A stretch of 64,000 nucleotides of DNA, taken from positions 4,928,001 through 4,992,000 of the forward strand of contig OZ244937.1 of the NCBI GenBank assembly GCA_965222075.1. Direction: 5' to 3'. The DNA is from Candidatus Latescibacterota bacterium (GTDB taxonomy: Bacteria > Latescibacterota > UBA2968 > GCA-2709665). A program made the position numbers and the translations under genes. Below are positions 57,549 through 64,000 of the stretch, in pieces (positions within the stretch are counted from its first letter, which is position 1; each line of letters starts with the position of its first letter). Under the pieces are notes generated by a model. The model was not told the origin of the DNA and did no database searches. It worked only from the letters and a program-made list of their open reading frames with translations.

Positions 57549-58738
57549 GGTGAGATGACGCCCAGGTCCTTGCCGACTTCCGCGAAGGTCCGGATGGCCC
57601 GGTCGAGCTGCTCGCGGGTGTGGGCGGCCGAGAGCTGGACACGGATGCGGGCCTCCCCTCTGGGGACGACGGGGTAGCTGAATCCGACGGCGAAGATGCC
57701 CCGGGCGTTGATGATTGCCGCCATGTCTACGGTGCGGCGTTCGTCGCCGAGCAGGATGGGGACGATGGGGTGGATGCCGGGGACGATCGGGAAGCCTCGG
57801 GCGGCCATCTCATCCCGGAAGTAGCGGGTGTTTTCAAAAAGGACCTCGCGCAGGTCCGGGTTGTGCTCGACCAGGTCGATGGCTTTAATGGAAGCAGTGA
57901 CGATGGGGGGCGCTAAGGTGTTGGAGAAGAGGTAGGGCCGGGAGCGTTGCCGGAGGTAGTCGATGATTTCCCGCCGGGACGAGGTGAAGCCGCCCGAGGC
58001 GCCGCCCAGGGCCTTTCCCAGGGTGCTGGTGGTGATGTCGATCCGGTCGGCGACACCGAAGTGCTCGGGAGTGCCCCGGCCGGTGGGGCCCAGGAAACCG
58101 GTGGCGTGGGAGTCGTCGACCATGACGAGGGCGTCGTAGCGGTCGGCCAATTCGCAGATGGCGTCTAAGGGCGCTAAGTCGCCGTGCATGGAAAAGACGC
58201 CGTCGGTGGCGATGAGCCGGAACCGGGACCCTTCGGCCGCTTTCAGTTTGGCTTCGAGGTCGGCCATGTCGGCGTGCTGGTAGACGTTCCGCTGCGCCTT
58301 GCAGAGCCGGATGCCGTCGATGATGCTGGCGTGGTTGAGGGCATCGCTGAAGAGGGCGTCTTCGGGACCTAAGAGGGTTTCGAAGAGGCCGGCGTTGGCG
58401 TCGAAGCAGGAGGTGTAGAGGATGGTGTCGTCGGTGCCCAGGAAGGCGGAGATGCGGCGTTCTAAGGCCTTGTGGAGGTCCTGCGTGCCGCAGATGAAGC
58501 GGACGGAGGCCATGCCGTAGCCGTGCGTGCGAAGGCCTTCGGCGGCGGCCTGGACGACCTGGGGATGGCCGGCGAGCCCGAGGTAGTTGTTGGCGCAGAA
58601 GTTGATGGTTTCCCCTTCGGTCGTGCCGACCTGCGCGCCCTGCGGCGTGGTGATCTGCTTTTCGGCCTTGTAGAGGCCGCTTTCCCGGATTGATTTCAGT
58701 TCGTCCTGGAGCCAGGTTTTGATCTGGGTGTAGGCCAT
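57545..58738 (-). CDS. kbl: Glycine C-acetyltransferase (2-amino-3-ketobutyrate CoA ligase)
   Basis: [57 protein letters not shown]. Confidence 0.93.
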   Translation of the reverse strand: MAYTQIKTWLQDELKSIRESGLYKAEKQITTPQGAQVGTTEGETINFCANNYLGLAGHPQVVQAAAEGLRTHGYGMASVRFICGTQDLHKALERRISAFLGTDDTILYTSCFDANAGLFETLLGPEDALFSDALNHASIIDGIRLCKAQRNVYQHADMADLEAKLKAAEGSRFRLIATDGVFSMHGDLAPLDAICELADRYDALVMVDDSHATGFLGPTGRGTPEHFGVADRIDITTSTLGKALGGASGGFTSSRREIIDYLRQRSRPYLFSNTLAPPIVTASIKAIDLVEHNPDLREVLFENTRYFRDEMAARGFPIVPGIHPIVPILLGDERRTVDMAAIINARGIFAVGFSYPVVPRGEARIRVQLSAAHTREQLDRAIRTFAEVGKDLGVISP

Positions 58739-58899
58739 GGCGGTTGCCTCCGGTTGCATGCGAATCAGGGGATCTGTAGCCTTCAAAATAGAGGAAGCGG
58801 AGCAGAAAAGCAAGCCGGATGTTCCGGAGGCTTTCGGCTTGACATCGGATGGGGCGATAACGATATTGCAGTCTTAAGTTGGAGAGTCGCCTGCCTTCT

Positions 58900-58923
58900 A
58901 CAGACACAGCATGCTGTGTCTGT
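58900..58923. repeat. Perfect 24-bp palindrome (REP-like)
   Basis: acagacacagcatgctgtgtctgt. Confidence 0.7.
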
Positions 58924-58957
58924 GAGGTCCGACAATACCCCACAGGAAGGAGAAGGG

Positions 58958-59344
58958 ATGCCGATGCAGCCGAGCAAAGAACTGGAGACCTTTGAGAATC
59001 CCTATCCGGACCGGAGGTATACGGTCGAGTTTACCTGTGCGGAGTTTACGTCGATCTGTCCGAAAACGGGGCAGCCCGACTTCGGGACGATTGTGATCCG
59101 GTACGTGCCGGGATCCAAGTGCATCGAGTTGAAGTCACTCAAGCTCTATTTCTGGTCCTACCGGAATGAGGGGATTTTTTACGAGGCGGTGACGAACAAG
59201 ATTCTGGACGATCTGGTGGCGGCGTGCGATCCGGTTGAGATGACGGTGATCGGGCGGTTCAACGTGCGGGGGGGAATCGACCATGAGATTACGGCAACCT
59301 ATCCGCAAGTTTTTGCGAGAAGGAGATCGGGATGGAATTGTTGA
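58958..59344 (+). CDS. queF: PreQ0 reductase QueF (type I)
   Basis: [26 protein letters not shown]. Confidence 0.93.
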   Translation: MPMQPSKELETFENPYPDRRYTVEFTCAEFTSICPKTGQPDFGTIVIRYVPGSKCIELKSLKLYFWSYRNEGIFYEAVTNKILDDLVAACDPVEMTVIGRFNVRGGIDHEITATYPQVFARRRSGWNC

Positions 59345-59931
59345 AGGAACTGTGTGAGTGTTCGGGAATTCCGGGGCAGGAAGCGCGGCTCCGGGAGATT
59401 GTGAGGCGGGAGATGGACCCCGTGGCTGATGAGGTGCGCGTGGATGCGCTGGGGAACTTGATCGTGTTGAAACGCGCGACGAAGAGGCGGTCTCCGAAGA
59501 AGCTGATGGTTGCCGCGCATATGGATGAGATCGGGTTTGTGGTCTCGAATATCGACGAGCGGGGGCTGCTGCGGCTGGTGCCGCTGGGCGGCCACGATCC
59601 GCGCAATATGGTGGCGCAACGGGTGACGGTTTGCGGAACCAGACGGGATCTGACGGGGTTGCTCTATCCTGGGATCAAGCCGCCGCACATCCAGACGGAT
59701 GCAGACCGGGGGAAGTCGCTTCAGGTGAGCGATTTTGTTGTGGACCTCTACATGCCGGCCTCGCGGGTGAAGCGGGAGGTGGAGGTGGGGGCGATGGTGA
59801 CGCTTTCGGTGCCGACCCGGTACGTGCATACGTCGATTGAACTGGCGGACAGGGGAGATATCGAGGCAGCGGTGAATCTGCTGACGGCGTTTATTGAAGA
59901 GGGGCAAAAGGCCGATCTGACGATAGTGTAA
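59332..59931 (+). pseudogene. M42 aminopeptidase gene with in-frame internal deletion
   Basis: AAHMDEIG N-terminal half joined to the C-terminal PTRYVHT..E; 199 aa; the DNR/QEE metal-binding segment is absent. Confidence 0.8.
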
Positions 59932-60066
59932 AAGCAGTGAAACGTGAAAAAAAGCCTGATGCGTTTGCCGTTTTGAAGAGGGGTGGGCGGTGGTGTGGTC
60001 GCAAGAACATAAAAAAACCGTGGATGCTTCAAATTCTGGAATGGCCATCGAGGTTTCCTCGATCTG

Positions 60067-61089
60067 TCAGGAAGTTGTGACAAAGCAGAAGGATTCGACG
60101 CTGAAGTCGGCCGCATGGGAAGGTCCGACGACCGACTGCCAGTGCCATTCGCCGGGTTCGGCCCACCACAGTCTGCCCTGCGAACCGTTGGCCCAGATCG
60201 ATCCATCCGGGGCGGCCTGGAACAGTTCAACCATGTCCGATGCAGGTTCCTCAATCCCGCCTCCGGCCGGTTCCCAGGTCTCCCCGTTGTCGGAGGAGAC
60301 CACGATCCGCCCCAGTTGACCCACCTTCTGCGCAGGGCCTGCCAGTACCATGTCCGGCCGATTTGGGGGCACGATGACGGCGCGGGTGTAGTCCCTTTTG
60401 ATCGGTTTGGTCCAGGTGCGCCCGCCGTCGTCGGACCGGGCCAGGCCGCCATAGCGCGGCCGGTTCACCTGGGGCCGGTGCTTGAGGCCCGCCCACCCCA
60501 GCGCCATCCAGAGCACGTCCGGGTTTTCAGGGTGGCCGGTGATGTGGTGGATGTCATCGTCGAAGGTGTCCGCCATCGTCCACGTCTGTCCGCCGTCGGG
60601 GCTGTCTAAGAGTCCGCCGACCTCGATTGAGGCGAGCAGGCGGCCGGAATCGCCCGGCGGGGAATAGAAGTTCCGCAGCGCCCCGGCGCGGGGGGAATAG
60701 GGCAGGTACCAGTTGGAAACCCCCGGAACCGCCGCGATGCCTTCCATCTCCCGCCAGGTCTGTCCGCCGTCGGCGCTGCGGTACCCGCGCCCCGGTTCGG
60801 TCCCGCAGATGATCGCGCCGTCCTGCGTGGGATCGGCTATGATTGTCCGTAGCGCTGTCGCTGTTAGCCCTTCGTTGGCGGATGCCCAGGTCTGTCCACC
60901 ATCGGCGCTGCGGAAGATGCCCTCTCCGTAGCTGCCGGCCAGAACTGTGTCCTTTTCCTGCACGGGATTATCCGCATCGTTGAAGGCGTAGATCGCCCAG
61001 AAGGTATGGTCTTCGAGGCCGAGGCAGATGGGGTTTCCGCCATCGAGCCGGTAGACGCCGGCTTGTGTGCCAAGGTAAGTTCGAAACAT
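60067..61089 (-). CDS. Cytoplasmic BNR/Asp-box beta-propeller protein
   Basis: Repeated SxDGGxTW; no signal peptide. Confidence 0.85.
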   Translation of the reverse strand: MFRTYLGTQAGVYRLDGGNPICLGLEDHTFWAIYAFNDADNPVQEKDTVLAGSYGEGIFRSADGGQTWASANEGLTATALRTIIADPTQDGAIICGTEPGRGYRSADGGQTWREMEGIAAVPGVSNWYLPYSPRAGALRNFYSPPGDSGRLLASIEVGGLLDSPDGGQTWTMADTFDDDIHHITGHPENPDVLWMALGWAGLKHRPQVNRPRYGGLARSDDGGRTWTKPIKRDYTRAVIVPPNRPDMVLAGPAQKVGQLGRIVVSSDNGETWEPAGGGIEEPASDMVELFQAAPDGSIWANGSQGRLWWAEPGEWHWQSVVGPSHAADFSVESFCFVTTS

Positions 61090-61198
61090 AACTGGGTCAC
61101 CTCCGGGTTTCAGGGTTTACTCTTGTGTTTCGATTATCCCAGGCCGGGAAAGATCGATTTGAGGGTACAGTACCGCAAAGACAATGCTAAAGAAGGGG

Positions 61199-62032
61199 TC
61201 AAAAATCTCTCTCTATCAGCGATTGGAGAAAGGCGGCCGAGCGGACGGCGGCCTCCTGGGGAGGGAGGTCTCCTCCAAAGGCCTGGTGGAGGGTGATGTA
61301 GCCGTTGTAGCCGATGGTTTTCAGGCCCTGGAAGACGCGAGCAAAGTCGATGCCGCCCGGTTCATCCAGAGGACGCTGGGTGGACATGACCTCGCCCAAG
61401 GCCCAGGTTTCCATCGGTTTTGATCCATCCGGGTCGGGGGCATGGTTCTGGAGGTAGACGTTGAAGAGGTAAGGCGCGAAGGCGCGGAGCGCGTCGGGGC
61501 CGTAATCTTCCCCGCAGAGGGCCAGGTTTGCGGGTTCGTAGATGAGCCCGAAATTGGGTCTTCCGATCTTCCGGAAGACGTTTAGGGAGCCTGAAACGGT
61601 TTCGAAGAGGCTGCGCGTGTGGCTCTGGTGGGCCAGCCTGATGCCCCGCTCCCGCGCTTCGTCTGCGGCCCTCTGCGCAAAGGGGATGTCCGCTTCTGTT
61701 TTGAGGCAGACCCGGATGAGATCACTTTTGAGCGTTTCGGCCAGGTCGAGATGGGGGGCGATGTTGCGGAGACACCCGGGGCCTTCGGAACCGTTTTCCG
61801 GGACGGCGAAGTCTCCCGTGACCATAGAGACTTCAAATCCGAAACCGTCTAAGGTCCGGCGCACCAGGAGAACGCGTTCTTTCGGGCTGTGCACGCCCAC
61901 CATCGAGGCGCGCATGCAAAGGGCGAGGTAGCCAGCGTCTCTGGCGATGCGGGCGAGGTCGGGCAGTTCGATGTCGATGACGCGCTTGTTACTGAAGCTT
62001 TCGGCGACGCGTACGGAAAGGGAGAGGTTCAT
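61199..62032 (-). CDS. Sugar-phosphate isomerase/epimerase family (TIM barrel)
   Basis: SVRVAE, AHQSH, YEPAN, GIDF..V...L..IGY.G. Confidence 0.8.
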   Translation of the reverse strand: MNLSLSVRVAESFSNKRVIDIELPDLARIARDAGYLALCMRASMVGVHSPKERVLLVRRTLDGFGFEVSMVTGDFAVPENGSEGPGCLRNIAPHLDLAETLKSDLIRVCLKTEADIPFAQRAADEARERGIRLAHQSHTRSLFETVSGSLNVFRKIGRPNFGLIYEPANLALCGEDYGPDALRAFAPYLFNVYLQNHAPDPDGSKPMETWALGEVMSTQRPLDEPGGIDFARVFQGLKTIGYNGYITLHQAFGGDLPPQEAAVRSAAFLQSLIERDF

Positions 62033-62179
62033 CAAGAGGCTCCGTGGAGAAAAAGGGAATGATGGGAAAGAGAATTGAAAAATGAAACGGGTTCTACACG
62101 AATTTATACAATTTATAGTTATTTGTTTCCTGTTGTCAACCGGAGAAAGGGGTGGGGCCGAGGGGGGGTGAAAATTCGG

Positions 62180-62208
62180 TTGACAAGGAGTGTTCTGGGA
62201 TTTATTAT
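62180..62208 (+). promoter_or_regulatory. Sigma70 promoter
   Basis: TTGACA-N17-TATTAT. Confidence 0.7.
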
Positions 62209-62214
62209 ACAGCG

Positions 62215-62317
62215 AAGAGCACTTGGGAGGGTCTCTCAACGGGGTGGACGCCCGAAGGCTTCATTTTGAGATCGGGAGGGAAGGGACGTGCGATGTGCAC
62301 GTCCCTTATTTTTTTTT
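62215..62317 (+). ncRNA. Candidate ~100-nt small RNA or attenuator leader
   Basis: Bounded by a promoter and a strong terminator; long irregular hairpin at 62230-62273; no ORF. Confidence 0.4.
62281..62317 (+). terminator. Intrinsic terminator
   Basis: aagggacgtgc-gatgt-gcacgtccctt followed by T9. Confidence 0.8.
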
Positions 62318-62613
62318 AAGGGATTGTGAATGCTGAGCGCAGGGGCTGCCAAACGACGCGTTACGCCTCCCGTCTGGGCGCCCTACCTGACGTCGTCGAG
62401 GTGGGACCCTGGAGCCGGGTGGCGCCGGGAAGGTGCGGAGCGCTTAGAGGAGGTGGGAAAGGGTCTGCTGAAACGGCTTGGTGGAAAAGGCGACACTGGT
62501 CCAGGCCGGCCGCCGAATGACAATAGGGGTTTGCCGAAAGGGGCGAATTTGGATATCTTGTAAGTATGCTGCTTTGATACGGGTTCTTTGCACCAGATAA
62601 GGACGGGTCAGAT

Positions 62614-63342
62614 ATGAGAATGAAACCAAAAATGATCGAGGTGGTCGTCGATATCGAGATGACAATCAGGAGCTTGAGGACAGATGGCCTGGTTGCCCGG
62701 AGGGCAAGGCACCCGATGGTCTGGCTGCGCAGCGTTGAGACCCATACGGTGCTCCCGATCGTGATTGGAAGCACAGAGGCCATGTCGATCTATGCGGAAC
62801 TGACCGGCCAGCAAACGCCGCGCCCGTTGACGCACGATTTGCTCAGGGCCATGCTGGACTATTTTGACGCTCAGGTCGAGGAAGTCCGGATCGTGGACCT
62901 GAAGGACAGTATTTTTTATGCAGAGCTTGTGCTCTGCTGGGGTGGTGATAAAGTGTGTCTGGATACCCGCTCCAGCGACGGCATTGCCATGGCATTGAAA
63001 TACGACGCCCCTGTTTATATGGCGGAGGAGATATTGGAAAGAGCAGGATGTAAAGAGGATATCGGGCCGGAAGGGATCGCGTTTGAAGGGATGAGGATGA
63101 GCCGGTCGGAATCGGTGGAAGCGGCTTCAGATGAGGATATGATTCTGGCGCTTGAGGACCTGCTGGAGGAGGCAGGGCCTGGAGAGCCTGAGTCATTCGC
63201 TTACAACCTCAAAGAACAGATCAACAAACTGAAGAAGAGGTTGGAGCGGGCGGTTCGACAGGAACGCTACGAGGAGGCCGGGCGGCTGCGGGATGAGATT
63301 GCAAGGCTGAGGGGAGACCAGGAGGGCCAACAAGATCTATAA
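62614..63342 (+). CDS. Bifunctional nuclease (DUF151) with C-terminal UvrB/C motif
   Basis: LPIVIG..EA..I, PRPLTHDL, RSSDGIA.AL, E.YEEAG.LRDEI. Confidence 0.9.
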   Translation: MRMKPKMIEVVVDIEMTIRSLRTDGLVARRARHPMVWLRSVETHTVLPIVIGSTEAMSIYAELTGQQTPRPLTHDLLRAMLDYFDAQVEEVRIVDLKDSIFYAELVLCWGGDKVCLDTRSSDGIAMALKYDAPVYMAEEILERAGCKEDIGPEGIAFEGMRMSRSESVEAASDEDMILALEDLLEEAGPGEPESFAYNLKEQINKLKKRLERAVRQERYEEAGRLRDEIARLRGDQEGQQDL

Positions 63343-63376
63343 ACGACCGGAGATCGGTCGGGATGGCCCATAAGTT

Positions 63377-63420
63377 AAACGGACGGGGTGTAAAAAACAC
63401 CTCGCCCGTTTGTTTTGTTT
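63377..63420 (+). terminator. Intrinsic terminator
   Basis: aaacgg..gggtgt-aaaaa-acacct..ccgttt followed by a T-rich tail. Confidence 0.65.
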
Positions 63421-63465
63421 GCTCTACGATCGCGCTTCAGATCGATGGTTCTGAACATTCAAGAT

Positions 63466-64000
63466 TCACCGCAGAGACGCGGAGGACCTGGAGCATGCCG
63501 AAGACCAGTGGTTTGACCTGGAGACGATGCGCAGTGCAGTGCCCACCATCAGGACATAGCCGATCAGGAAGACAGTCCAGTTGAACGCCGTTGGCACAAG
63601 AGCGAGCACGGCCTCGACGCCCCCCTGCATCAGGAGAGCGATGATGTCCTCCATAAAGACGTACAAAACCAGCAGAGCGCCGGTAGACGCTCCGATCCAG
63701 TCGTAGCGGTCTACCCGGATGCGAGTGCCTTTGTCCAGGAGTTGCATTGCGCGGAGGGCGCCTGCGATCAGCAGCAGGGAGACCAGAATCGGGGCCAGCA
63801 CGGGTCCGATCCAGGGCACGGGGATCAGGAAGAGGATATCCCAGGTAAGGAGGGATTCGGGCCAGTTCAGGAAGACCTTGAGCCAGATATAGTACCAGAT
63901 ATCCCAGAGGCCGAAGAGGAAGGCGAAGCAGGCAAATCGCCCCCATCCGGGAGATCCCGCCAGGCGGGCGACGGCGCCCAACATGAGCAAGGTTGCAGCC
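63466..64000 (-). CDS. Conserved-looking membrane protein (5' end outside window)
   Basis: WDIWYY.WL.V...WP.SL..WDILFLIPVPW.GPVLAP; several transmembrane segments. Confidence 0.7.
   Translation of the reverse strand, partial: AATLLMLGAVARLAGSPGWGRFACFAFLFGLWDIWYYIWLKVFLNWPESLLTWDILFLIPVPWIGPVLAPILVSLLLIAGALRAMQLLDKGTRIRVDRYDWIGASTGALLVLYVFMEDIIALLMQGGVEAVLALVPTAFNWTVFLIGYVLMVGTALRIVSRSNHWSSACSRSSASLR

Noticed and set aside
58860-58957. preQ1 riboswitch upstream of queF
   Set aside because: Lacks the preQ1-I stem-loop and A-rich tail; contains a REP-like palindrome instead.
62215-62280. Glycine riboswitch (GCCCGAAGG resembles GCCGAAG)
   Set aside because: The conserved CUCUCAGG and GGAGA arrangement is missing, and the downstream gene is unrelated.
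62326-62563. Small ORFs, or RNase P/tmRNA, in the spacer
   Set aside because: No RBS or protein motifs; no GAGGAAAGUCC or tmRNA termini.

Overview
GC-rich, G-skewed bacterial chromosomal segment. An FCB-superphylum, Latescibacterota-like host is inferred from the PorV/PorQ barrel, the T9SS-type C-terminal domain, the GWxTD proteins and a dockerin-like EF-hand tail. 1-28 kb is a cell-envelope island. Two paralogous copies of a two-gene GWxTD/TPR module (A+B at 1-5.8 kb, A'+B' at 21.7-28.2 kb) bracket CRTAC1, NHL, BNR and FGE-domain secreted proteins and a four-gene cassette: small OM beta-barrel, TonB-dependent receptor, T9SS-CTD-bearing protein, PorV/PorQ barrel. Tandem sigma70 promoters precede the cassette and appear to make two short terminated RNAs. 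This cassette plus the GWxTD pair is the best candidate for an undescribed surface display/uptake system. 28-49 kb is a co-oriented catabolic run (PhyH, isochorismatase, isomerase, M20, beta-helix, WD40, CocE, TauD, ArsC, LarA, PL26-like lyase, Gfo x2, SDR, DapA-like, class III aminotransferase, SelA-like). 49-64 kb is mixed metabolic and housekeeping genes (uronate isomerase, kbl, queF, DUF151) and includes two genes with clean in-frame internal deletions. Several families of tiny palindromic or short tandem repeats enter coding sequence or supply stop codons. No rRNA, tRNA, CRISPR array or transposase was recognised. All family assignments come from motif recognition by eye, not database searches.
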